NCBI GenBank assembly: GCA_963781815.1
Contig: CAWAHK010000003.1
Location: 495,774 to 559,773 of the forward strand
Reading direction: 5' to 3'
Source of the DNA: an uncultured Pseudomonadota bacterium
GTDB lineage: Bacteria > Pseudomonadota > Gammaproteobacteria > Steroidobacterales > Steroidobacteraceae
DNA: 64,000 bases
The first letter of the stretch is position 1, and each line of letters starts with the position of its first letter. A program made the position numbers and the translations under genes. This document shows, in pieces, positions 26,112 to 34,752 of the stretch. The notes under the pieces were generated by a model that was not told the origin of the DNA, searched no databases, and saw only the letters and a program-made list of their open reading frames with translations.

Positions 26112-26500
26112 GCCGCTCCGACCCTACGCTGTCACGCAATGCAGGTCTTGCCGCGGGCGCGCTACTCGCCAGCTCGGCAACTCTGGTCTGCTGCGTACTG
26201 CCCGCCGTGTTTGTCGCCCTCGGAGCCGGAGCCGCCCTTGCCGGGCTCATAACCGCAGTGCCGCAGCTCATCTGGCTGAGCGAGCACAAGCCGCTCGTCT
26301 TCGCAATCGCCGGCGCGTTACTCATCGTGAGCGGCGCTGCGCTATGGCACGGGCGGAGCCTCCCCTGCCCGACCGACGCTGGGGCCGCGCAAGCCTGCCG
26401 GCGTCTGCGACGCCTCGGTGCGGTGCTATATGGACTTGCGCTCGTCTGCTTCGCTTTCGGAGTTGCGTTTGCTTTTGTACTCCCGGCGCCGTCACCGTAG
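26108..26500 (+). CDS. MerT-like heavy-metal transport membrane protein
   Basis: ATGA overlap with the HMA gene. TM1 carries a vicinal Cys pair (LVCCVLPAV). There are three predicted TMs and a second Cys pair after TM2 (LPCPTDAGAAQAC). This is the same layout as MerT as I recall it. Confidence 0.6.
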   Translation: MSRSDPTLSRNAGLAAGALLASSATLVCCVLPAVFVALGAGAALAGLITAVPQLIWLSEHKPLVFAIAGALLIVSGAALWHGRSLPCPTDAGAAQACRRLRRLGAVLYGLALVCFAFGVAFAFVLPAPSP

Positions 26501-26731
26501 GACAACGATCCCAACACAGGCGACCTCTCGCGACCACTGCGCCACGGCCGGCTCTGCCTTCTCGCCCACTTACAAAGCTCAAGCTGGGCGCAGCCCCGCG
26601 TTTGACATAGCGCGAGCAAGGACGACTGCGGCACCCTGATACGCCATACTCCCGGTGCGCCAGCATCGATGGGTCAAAAGAACTGGGCTTACCAAGCTAG
26701 CTGGACGGACGGCTCAAGGGGTGTAGAGCAA

Positions 26732-28240
26732 ATGAGAAACGCTTGGTGTTTGGTTCTCGTGGTCTTTCTTCTTTCTTCCTGCGGCGGTGGCGACGGCACC
26801 TCAAACTCCACGCCACCCTCTCTTGCATCGAGTTCCGACGTTGTCGTTTCAGATGCCTCTGCGGGCGCTACGCCGTTCATTGCGCTCGCGCAGCTCACTG
26901 GCAATAGCGTGGCGTCCCTGAAATCGATCGCTTACACGATAGCGGCCAAGGCCGGGACCGTTTCCAAGCCGGTCCATGTCAGCTATTCGATGGATGCCCT
27001 GGCCCGGCTGGCGCCGACGGCACCGACCCCGACCTCCGCACAAGTGCCGATTTTCGGCCTATACGCGGGTTACACAAATAATGTGTCGCTCACGCTTACG
27101 TTCACGGACAATTCCACTGCTCCCCTGACATTACAGTTTGCCGCCGCTGCGTATACCGATCCAAACGGGATCTACGACAAGCCTACGGTGATCAAGGCAC
27201 GCGCCGCGGGGAGCTCCCTGGGTTTCGATTACTTCGCAATGAAGTCGATGATCGAATTGCCGGTGATCGTGGATACCGACGGCGAGGTTCGCTGGGTCGG
27301 CACGGGGGTCGCCTTCGGCAACATCTCGGTATTTGGCGACAACGGATTCTACGTCGGGGACCCGAATGGCACTACCGTCTACCGCGCCGAACTCAGTGGC
27401 GCGCTAAGCTCGAAGGTGCTTACCCCTCCGCCCGGCGGAAATGTGATATTTCATCACAACTTCGATCTCGGTAAGGTGGGCGTACTCTCCGAGCTGAACG
27501 TCGGCACCTACCTCGAGAGCACCATCAGCGAATTCACGCTCGCTGACGGCTTCGTCAAGACCTGGGACCTTGCGGCGATTCTGTCCAACTACATGAGCGC
27601 TCACGGGGACGATCCCACGTTGTTTGTGCGACCGGGATACGACTGGTTCCACAGCAATGCAGCGACCTACGACCCGTCGGACAATTCAATCATTGTCTCG
27701 AGCCGCGAGGATTTTCTGATCAAGCTGGACTATGACACCGGCGACATCATTTGGATCCTCGGTGATCCAACCAAGTACTGGTACACGTTCCCGTCATTGC
27801 GTGCCAAGGCGCTGACACTTCAGGCCGGTGGCCTCTACCCCATTGGACAGCATGGCGTGTCCATCACCAGCAAGGGCCTGGTCATGGTGATGAACGACGG
27901 CTTCGGCAGTGCCAGCCAGCCCAGCGGCGCTCCGACCGGTGAGACGCGCACGTATTCGGCCGTGTCGGCCTATTCCATCGATGCCGCGGCCAACACTGCC
28001 ACAGAAGTGTGGCACTTCGACTACGGGCAGACGATCTACTCGGACATCTGCGGGAGCGCCTACGAGGCGTCCGATCAGTCGGTGCTCGTCAACTACGCAG
28101 TGGCGGACACCCGAACTCACGCGCGCCTCGTCGGTCTGGATTCACAACGCAACGTGGTGTTCGATTTTCAGTACCCCACGAACGTATGCACCACGAGCTG
28201 GAACGCCGAACCCATTCCCTTGGACAACATGCAGTTGTGA
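26732..28240 (+). CDS. aryl-sulfate sulfotransferase (ASST)-family beta-propeller lipoprotein
   Basis: Lipobox LLSSC plus GGGDG. The segment YDWFHSNAATYDPSDNSIIVSSREDFLIKLDYDTGDIIWILGDP resembles the ASST core motif (DW.H.NS..YD..D.SII.S.R......KI...TG.I.W.LG). Confidence 0.7.
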   Translation: MRNAWCLVLVVFLLSSCGGGDGTSNSTPPSLASSSDVVVSDASAGATPFIALAQLTGNSVASLKSIAYTIAAKAGTVSKPVHVSYSMDALARLAPTAPTPTSAQVPIFGLYAGYTNNVSLTLTFTDNSTAPLTLQFAAAAYTDPNGIYDKPTVIKARAAGSSLGFDYFAMKSMIELPVIVDTDGEVRWVGTGVAFGNISVFGDNGFYVGDPNGTTVYRAELSGALSSKVLTPPPGGNVIFHHNFDLGKVGVLSELNVGTYLESTISEFTLADGFVKTWDLAAILSNYMSAHGDDPTLFVRPGYDWFHSNAATYDPSDNSIIVSSREDFLIKLDYDTGDIIWILGDPTKYWYTFPSLRAKALTLQAGGLYPIGQHGVSITSKGLVMVMNDGFGSASQPSGAPTGETRTYSAVSAYSIDAAANTATEVWHFDYGQTIYSDICGSAYEASDQSVLVNYAVADTRTHARLVGLDSQRNVVFDFQYPTNVCTTSWNAEPIPLDNMQL

Positions 28241-28353
28241 GACCTCCGGGGCCCCGCCCGCTTGCGCCTTAGCAAACAAGGGCTGAGCCGCGCATGACCG
28301 AGTCCCACCCGTCCGTCAGCAGAGAGCCAGTGACGCTGCCCATCGGGTCCACC

Positions 28354-29043
28354 TCAGTGCTCCGCGTTCCAGTGCGCCCTAGTGGTGTGCGAGTCACTGG
28401 AGACCAACCGCCCGGGATGTGCGGCCCTCCAGCTGGTCAGACAGGCGTCCACGGCTTCGCAGGAAATGCTCAGTACCTCTCCCACTTCCTGCCGCGAGTG
28501 TCCCGAATACACAAGGTGGATGATGGCGCGTGCGGAAGGGATAAGTGCTTCAAACTCCTCAGATAGGAGTTGCGGCACTGCAGGTCGGCTCGTGAGCCGC
28601 GTCTCTGCGGCCCGACAGCCGGAGAGCGCCTCCGGGGAGGGACGCCGCGCCTCGCTGTTAGCGAGGCACCTGCTTGCGTGTCCCCAGGCAACGCGCATGA
28701 TCGCAACGTGAACTGAAGAATCGCTCGCGAAGGTCACGCACTGACGCCACACCTCGAACAACGTGTCCGCTATGAGGTCATCCACGACCTCCGGCGCTGA
28801 AAACGGCATCAAATGCACGAAGAAACGAACCAGGCGCGAAAAATAGTGGGAATGCAGGCGAGCTAAGGCGGATCGGCTGCCGCTCGCCATGGCTGTAAGC
28901 AAGCGTCTGTCGGCGACATCTGCGATCGGCCGCCTGACCGTCATTGCTGCATCGCAGCGGGCCCTTCCATTCTCAGGCTCCCGTAGTTCGCGCGTGACAG
29001 GGGGCGCGTTGGCGTCGCTCGTTCGCTCGGTCTGGCAGTGCAT
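28354..29043 (-). CDS. divergent ECF-type sigma-70 family factor
   Basis: Region-2-like: ALARLHSHYFSRLVRFFVHLM..EVVDDLIADTLFEVWRQ. Region-4-like HTH: ARAIIHLVYSGHSRQEVGEVLSISCEAVDACLTSWR. ATG 29043 has an AAGGA RBS. Other possible starts are 28944 and 29166. Confidence 0.6.
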   Translation of the reverse strand: MHCQTERTSDANAPPVTRELREPENGRARCDAAMTVRRPIADVADRRLLTAMASGSRSALARLHSHYFSRLVRFFVHLMPFSAPEVVDDLIADTLFEVWRQCVTFASDSSVHVAIMRVAWGHASRCLANSEARRPSPEALSGCRAAETRLTSRPAVPQLLSEEFEALIPSARAIIHLVYSGHSRQEVGEVLSISCEAVDACLTSWRAAHPGRLVSSDSHTTRAHWNAEH

Positions 29044-29222
29044 GTCACATTCCTTTGAGCTGGGTGGGAGCTCGCGCACTATTCCGAGAGGGCGCCGCCC
29101 GATCAATGGATCCGGGCTCCTCTTTGAAGTGTTCGCACGCTCCCCTGAGAATGCGCGCAGAATCAACAGCCTATTCCCCGAAGTCCCGTATAAGCCGAGC
29201 CGCGGGTGGAGAGTAGAATTGC

Positions 29223-31196
29223 TTGGGAACCACTCCGACCTCTCCGAGAGCTGAATCAGGGCTGCACACGTCAGTGGACCAACCCGCCGCAGCGCCGCGA
29301 TGCGTGAAATTCGGCCTCTTCGAAGCGGATCTGCGCAGCGGCGAACTCACCAAGCAAGGCAAGCGTATCCCGCTGCAGGAGCAGCCCTTCCAATTGCTCG
29401 CAATGCTGCTTGAGCGGCCGGGCGAGCTGGTCACGCGCGAGGAAGTACGTCAGAAGCTTTGGCCGCGCACGATCGTGGATTTCGACCACGGCCTCAACAA
29501 GGCCATCAGTAAAATCCGCGATGCATTGGGGGATTCCGCGGAGAACCCGCGCTTTGTCGAGACGGTTGCGCGGCGCGGCTACCGATTCCTCGCCGATGCC
29601 AGGGAAAGGCGTGAGCCGGAACCTCCGATCGCGAGGCTGGGTCAACCCGCGGCTTTTGATGGAGGCACGTCCAGTGACGTGAACTCAGGCTCGGCCGGCG
29701 GCCCAAGGCGCTTGCCATCGAGGAGATCCCGTGCTCTGTGGGTCGGATGCGGCGCGGCGCTGGTGCTCCTGTCAGCAGCCTGGCTGCTCAATTATCGGCA
29801 GCGCGCGGCCGCCACCATTCACTCAGTGGCCGTGCTGCCGCTGGCCAACCTGTCCGGCGATCCATCCCAGGAATACTTGGCCGATGGGATGACGGAGGAG
29901 CTGCTCACGCAGCTCGGGCAGATTCGTGCGCTGCGGGTGATCTCCCGCACCTCTGCGATGAGCTACAAAAACACGCTCAAGTCCCTGGCCGAGATTGCCC
30001 GCGAGCTCGATGTTCAAGCGGTAGTGGAGGGAAGCGTGCTGCATGTGGGGGATCGGGTACGGATCACTGCACAGCTGATCCGGGTGCCGGCAGACGAGCA
30101 TCTGTGGGCCCACGCCTACGAAGGCAGTTTCAGCGACGCCTTCGAGCTGCAGAACCAGGTCTCACAGGCGGTCGCCACCCAGATTCAGGCGGCCGTCAGC
30201 GGGGCAGAGCAAACGGTATTGAGAAAGCCGAAGCCAGTCAGCTCGGAGGCTTACGAGGCCTACCTAAAGGGACGCTACTTCTGGAACAAGCGCGATGCCG
30301 CTGGCCTCAATAAGGCCATCGAGTACTTTCAGCGCGCGATCGCCGTGGATCCGGGTTACGCGGCAGCCTATTCCGGACTTGCTGATGCCTACGCGTTGGC
30401 GGGTGGCTGGGAATACGGCGTGCTGCCACCGCAGGAAGCGGCGCCGCGGGCCAAGGAGGCCGCCACCAGAGCGGTGCTCTTGGACCCGGACCTCAGCGAA
30501 GCCCACACGTCACTTGCCTTTGCTCTCGAGATGTCCACATGGGACTGGGGCGGTGCCGAGAGTGAATATCGGCGTGCCCTCGAGCTGAATCCGGGCTATG
30601 CCACCGCCCATCACTGGTATGGCTATCATCTGCTGACGGTCGGCCGCAATGATGAGGGCATAGCCGAGCTCAAGGCGGCAGAGAGACTAGATCCCCTGTC
30701 GCTGATTATCAGCGCCGGCGTAGCCGATGCTCTCTACATCGCCCACGTTGCGGATGGCGCCACGCGCCAGCTGCATAAGACCCTCGAAATGGACCCGAGT
30801 TTTTCAATGGCGCACTATCAGCTGGGGCAGGTGCTTACATACGGCGGCAAGTTCGATGCCGCAATCGCTGAGTTTCAGCGAGCGATTGAGCTGTCTGGGC
30901 ACAGTCCGGCCATTGATGCCAACTTAGCGAACGCCTACGCTGCTGCAGGGCGCTCAGCCGACGCAGAGCGGATAGCCAAGGACTTGGCGCAGCTGCAGCA
31001 CCACAACGGATCCCTCGATGCCAACATTGCCCTGATCTACGTGGGTCTCGGGAGAAATGACCAGGCGATGGACTGGCTCGAGAAGGCCTACCAGGCTCGC
31101 TTTGAGCCAGTCATGCTGGTCCGTCCGCAGTTTGATCCACTGCGGCGCGATCCGCGATTCATAGATCTTATGCGACGTCTCGGCCTCGGCAAGTGA
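29223..31196 (+). CDS. CadC/OmpR-type winged-helix DNA-binding domain / TM / TolB-N-like module / TPR transmembrane regulator
   Basis: wHTH: FGLFEADLRSGELTKQGKRIPLQEQPFQLLAMLLERPGELVTREEVRQKLWP..FDHGLNKAISKIRDAL..VETVARRGYRF. TM: ALWVGCGAALVLLSAAWLL. Then HSVAVLPLANLSGDPSQEYLADGMTEEL..LRVISRTS..EGSVLHVGDRVRITAQLI followed by TPRs. Start uncertain (TTG 29223 or GTG 29301). Confidence 0.8.
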   Translation: MGTTPTSPRAESGLHTSVDQPAAAPRCVKFGLFEADLRSGELTKQGKRIPLQEQPFQLLAMLLERPGELVTREEVRQKLWPRTIVDFDHGLNKAISKIRDALGDSAENPRFVETVARRGYRFLADARERREPEPPIARLGQPAAFDGGTSSDVNSGSAGGPRRLPSRRSRALWVGCGAALVLLSAAWLLNYRQRAAATIHSVAVLPLANLSGDPSQEYLADGMTEELLTQLGQIRALRVISRTSAMSYKNTLKSLAEIARELDVQAVVEGSVLHVGDRVRITAQLIRVPADEHLWAHAYEGSFSDAFELQNQVSQAVATQIQAAVSGAEQTVLRKPKPVSSEAYEAYLKGRYFWNKRDAAGLNKAIEYFQRAIAVDPGYAAAYSGLADAYALAGGWEYGVLPPQEAAPRAKEAATRAVLLDPDLSEAHTSLAFALEMSTWDWGGAESEYRRALELNPGYATAHHWYGYHLLTVGRNDEGIAELKAAERLDPLSLIISAGVADALYIAHVADGATRQLHKTLEMDPSFSMAHYQLGQVLTYGGKFDAAIAEFQRAIELSGHSPAIDANLANAYAAAGRSADAERIAKDLAQLQHHNGSLDANIALIYVGLGRNDQAMDWLEKAYQARFEPVMLVRPQFDPLRRDPRFIDLMRRLGLGK

Positions 31197-31358
31197 CGAA
31201 CGACCTCTCTTGAGGCCATCGAGGCCAAGCTCTAACAGATAAGTCGCGCCGTCGCCGACCTGGGACGGAAATGATCCGCACCAGCGACGAATGACCGCGG
31301 CGCCAGTCGCCCGCGGCACCCCGAGAGCGGAACTCCTGACATACGAGTTCGGGCGTCG

Positions 31359-31452
31359 CACTGAATTTGCCCCGCAACGGCCGCCTAGGAACGATCGATC
31401 GGCCGGTCGAAGCCGATTCGCATTTGTGGCCAACGGACTGCCTGTCCATTGG
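31359..31452 (+). repeat. intergenic repeat element copy E4 (box CACTGAATTTGCCCC + 71 nt + hairpin CCAACGGAC-TGCCT-GTCCATTGG)
   Basis: Direct reading. The box plus GCAACGG aligns with E1 at about 21 of 23 positions. The hairpin sits at the same offset and the downstream flanks are also similar (..CG.GG.CTT.GCGAAG.T..AGCA). Confidence 0.6.
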
Positions 31453-31598
31453 TTGTAGTTTTCGCTTTCGACCGGGCTTTGACGAAGGTGTAGCATTCGC
31501 CGCTGCGGCCGCCGCCGGCCCCCAGGGCAATCGCCGCAGGTTCCGCGTTCATCCTGAAGCGCAACGGCATTCTTTCCTATAGCGAGGAGGTTCCGAAG

Positions 31599-32576
31599 AT
31601 GGAAAGCACATTTGACGCGACCTCGACCACGGACGACGTGCTGTCCGGCGTGAACCTCAAGGGCAAACGAATTCTCGTGACGGGTGTTTCCGCGGGCCTC
31701 GGCGTGGAAACTGCGCGCGCCCTCGCTGCGCACGGTGCGCGGGTGGTCGGTGCCGCCCGCGACCTCGGCAAAGCTGAAGTCGCGACCGCACGCGTGCGTG
31801 ACGCCGCAGCAACCGCTGGGGGCAGCTTCGAGATGGTTGCTCTTGATCTCGCCAATCTCAAGAGCGTCCGCACGTGCGCCGACGCTTTGCTAGCGAGGGG
31901 CGAGCCCTTCGATGTGGTGATCGCCAACGCTGGTGTCATGGCGACGCCATTCGGACACACCGCAGATGGCTTCGAAACGCAATTCGGCACCAATCACTTG
32001 GGACACTTTGTACTGGTCAATCGGATCGCGCCATTGATCCGGGCGGGCGGGCGCTTGGTCAATCTGTCGTCCGCGGGACATCGCTTTGCCAACGTCGATC
32101 TTGAGGACCCCAACTTCGAGCGGACGCCCTATGACCCCTTTGTCGCGTACGGTCGATCAAAGACGGCGAACATCCTCTTCGCAGTGGCTTTCGATCAGCG
32201 CCACCGCGCACGCGGCATACGCGCCGCAGCGGTCCATCCAGGCGGGATCCACACAGAGCTGGGCCGCCACATGGATCCCAGCCACGCACAGTCGATGGTC
32301 GAGCAGATCGACAAGCAGCTCGCCGCCGAGGGCAAGCCGCCCTACCAGTGGAAGACGATTCCTCAAGGAGCCGCCACCTCTGTATGGGCCGCCGTCGTCG
32401 CTTCGCCTGACGACGTCGGCGGGCGCTATTGCGAGAATTGCCATGTCGGCCGCGTCGTTGCTGACAACACGGTCATCAGCGTCGTCAGCGAGGGAGTGCG
32501 CGGATATGCCTTGGATCCTCAGAATGCGGAGGCGCTCTGGAACAAGAGCGAGCAGATGGTGCGCGGGACGGGCTGA
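31599..32576 (+). CDS. short-chain dehydrogenase/reductase (SDR) family oxidoreductase
   Basis: LKGKRILVTGVSAGLGVETARALAAHGARVVGAARD (TGxxxGxG Rossmann) plus a downstream YGRSK catalytic motif. GAGGAGG RBS. Confidence 0.85.
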   Translation: MESTFDATSTTDDVLSGVNLKGKRILVTGVSAGLGVETARALAAHGARVVGAARDLGKAEVATARVRDAAATAGGSFEMVALDLANLKSVRTCADALLARGEPFDVVIANAGVMATPFGHTADGFETQFGTNHLGHFVLVNRIAPLIRAGGRLVNLSSAGHRFANVDLEDPNFERTPYDPFVAYGRSKTANILFAVAFDQRHRARGIRAAAVHPGGIHTELGRHMDPSHAQSMVEQIDKQLAAEGKPPYQWKTIPQGAATSVWAAVVASPDDVGGRYCENCHVGRVVADNTVISVVSEGVRGYALDPQNAEALWNKSEQMVRGTG

Positions 32577-32667
32577 TGGCGCGCGAAGAACCGTCGAACA
32601 TGCATCCCGGGGGCCTCATACCTAGCCCGAACGGTCGACCTCGATGCGACCCATCTGAAATGCGCCT

Positions 32668-33792
32668 TCAGAAGCCGTAGCCGAATTTCAGATATACGCC
32701 CTGGTTGTCACCCTTGCCCTTCGCGTATTCCAAGTTCAGTACCATGCCCTCTTTCTCTTTGAGGACGTATTGAACCCCGGCACCTACGTCCGGATAGACA
32801 TTGGCATCGTCGCTACATTTGAGGTCACCACCGTAGAGGCAGGCGATGCCGGCAAACACTGTGGCCGTCCATCGCGCAGCAAGGTGCAGCCGCTCTTCGG
32901 CTTCGAAGGAGGACATGTATCTGGCGAGGTATTCCCCGAATTTGTACCCGCGCAGCACGATCGGCGCATACGCACTTGAAGGCGCGTCAGAGGTCCATTG
33001 ATTGTTCTGACGCAGCGCGAGCACGTTACCGTTACCGTGTCCCCAGTAGTAACGCAGGTCCGCCCGGTACGCGTCGTAGTTCTCATGGCCGGAGATCCAG
33101 TCGCGATAGGCAAGATTGTTGATGTTAACGAGCCAACCCTGATGCGGGCTGTACTCGCTGTCGCGGGAGTCCAAGTAGAGATTCACGCCTATCCCGCCGG
33201 CGCTGAGCTTGGTCAGCCCGAGCGTTTGTAAAATCTCGTCGTCGAGCGTCGTCTGTCCGAGCATCTCATAGTTAGTGGTGACCGCCTGGGCGCCCACGAA
33301 CCAGTCGCCCCAGATGCGATACTGATAACGCAGCGCAAAGAATCGCAGGTGGTCCTCGCTCTTGAGCGGCATGCCGGTGCCCAGGAAATCCTCATAGTCG
33401 TTCTTGATGTTGCCGCCGGCGGCGAGCGCGAGCAGCCGGTGGTGATCCGCGGCGAACGATGTCTTGGCGAACAGGCTCGCGATAAGCGAACCGGTGGAAG
33501 TATATTGCGCGGCGGCGCCGAACAGAGACGCCCGCGATTGTGCGTCGAAGTAATGCATATAGGCGCCCATCCCGCCCAATGAGGTGCCCAGCTTCGGGTT
33601 CGAGGATACGGTCGGCACCAGCAGCCAGGGCGATGGGGAGTCCTTATTCTCCTCCTTGTCGTCCTGCTGCTTCGACACGGGTTCTGACGCCCCCACTGGC
33701 TCCCCCGCATGTGCAGGGGCGGTCGTGGCCAGGGCCAGCACCACGCCCGCCGCCACCACGAGTGGCCCCCAGAGGACCCCCGGGCGGCGCAT
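32668..33792 (-). CDS. outer-membrane beta-barrel protein, Omp85/bacterial-surface-antigen-like barrel without obvious POTRA domains
   Basis: Signal peptide MRRPGVLWGPLVVAAGVVLALATTAPAHA. Barrel-like alternating pattern. The C-terminal ..GVYLKFGYGF terminal-Phe signature is typical of this family. Confidence 0.55.
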   Translation of the reverse strand: MRRPGVLWGPLVVAAGVVLALATTAPAHAGEPVGASEPVSKQQDDKEENKDSPSPWLLVPTVSSNPKLGTSLGGMGAYMHYFDAQSRASLFGAAAQYTSTGSLIASLFAKTSFAADHHRLLALAAGGNIKNDYEDFLGTGMPLKSEDHLRFFALRYQYRIWGDWFVGAQAVTTNYEMLGQTTLDDEILQTLGLTKLSAGGIGVNLYLDSRDSEYSPHQGWLVNINNLAYRDWISGHENYDAYRADLRYYWGHGNGNVLALRQNNQWTSDAPSSAYAPIVLRGYKFGEYLARYMSSFEAEERLHLAARWTATVFAGIACLYGGDLKCSDDANVYPDVGAGVQYVLKEKEGMVLNLEYAKGKGDNQGVYLKFGYGF

Positions 33793-33983
33793 TGGCCGAC
33801 TCACGGTAAGAGTGCGTTCCGTCCATGGCATCCAAGTTAGTTTTTGCCGAATGCAGCGAAGATGCCATGGGACCTTCGGGCTACTTGTTACCAACGAGCG
33901 GGCAGCCGTCTCGGCGAGCGAGTCGACATCCGATCGCTGCTCGGATACTCAACGGATCGCGAGACAGGCAGACGCCGCGCTGG

Positions 33984-34472
33984 CTACCGCCCAACCGGTC
34001 CGCGTCGTGCTGCTTCGATCGTGGCGATATCGATTTTTCTCATCGTCATCATCGCCTCGAACGCGCGCTTCGCGGCCGCACCGTCAGAATCGGTCGTTGC
34101 TTCCATCAGCACGCGCGGCGTGATCTGCCAAGACAGGCCCCACTTGTCTTTGCACCATCCGCATGCGCTCTCGGCACCTCCATTTCCGACAATGGCGTTC
34201 CAGTAACGATCGGTCTCGGCCTGATTCTCGGTGAGGATCTGAAACGAAAACGCTTCACTATGCTTAAACGCCGGGCCGCCATTCAGCCCGAGGCAGGGCA
34301 CTCCCACCACCGTAAACTCAACCGTGAGCACTTGCCCCTGTTTGCCAGCCGGGTAGTCGCCGGGTGAGCGGTGCACCGCTGTTACGGTGCTGTCCGGAAA
34401 AGTTTGGGCGTAGAACCGCGCCGCTTCTTCTGCTGTTCCGTCATACCAAAGGCAAATCACATTCTTAGCCAC
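33984..34472 (-). CDS. VOC-superfamily protein (PhnB / 3-demethylubiquinone-9 3-methyltransferase-domain type)
   Basis: MAKNVICLWYDGTAEEAARFYAQTFPDS..VLTVEFTVVGVPCLGLNGGPAFKHSEAFSFQI..ETDRYWNAI..ACGWCKDKWGLSWQITP is the characteristic pattern. Confidence 0.8.
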   Translation of the reverse strand: MAKNVICLWYDGTAEEAARFYAQTFPDSTVTAVHRSPGDYPAGKQGQVLTVEFTVVGVPCLGLNGGPAFKHSEAFSFQILTENQAETDRYWNAIVGNGGAESACGWCKDKWGLSWQITPRVLMEATTDSDGAAAKRAFEAMMTMRKIDIATIEAARRGPVGR

Positions 34473-34752
34473 CTTGGGTCTCCATCTCTTCGCCAGTTGG
34501 ATGAGCCTACTATCGGAAGAGCCATGAAGGGAACATTTCGCATTGCAGACGCCCCGCCCTAGCCACCGCCGCAGCTTCAGCGCGCCTCACACGGGTGCTT
34601 CTAACGGAGCATAGGTCGTTGTGCTTCCGGCCCTGTAAAACGGGCCCCACTCACCCGCAGCCCATCCATACTCCGATCCGCCGATTTACTTCGAACGTTC
34701 GGCTGACTACAGGCCCAGGCACAGGATTGCCACCAAGCCGCGCCTCACGATG

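Noticed and set aside
30954-31733. 259-aa minus-strand ORF spanning the 31.2-31.6 kb intergenic region.
   Set aside because: It overlaps the 3' end of the CadC-like gene and the 5' end of the SDR gene in antisense. It has no family resemblance, and its central part is repeat copy E4.
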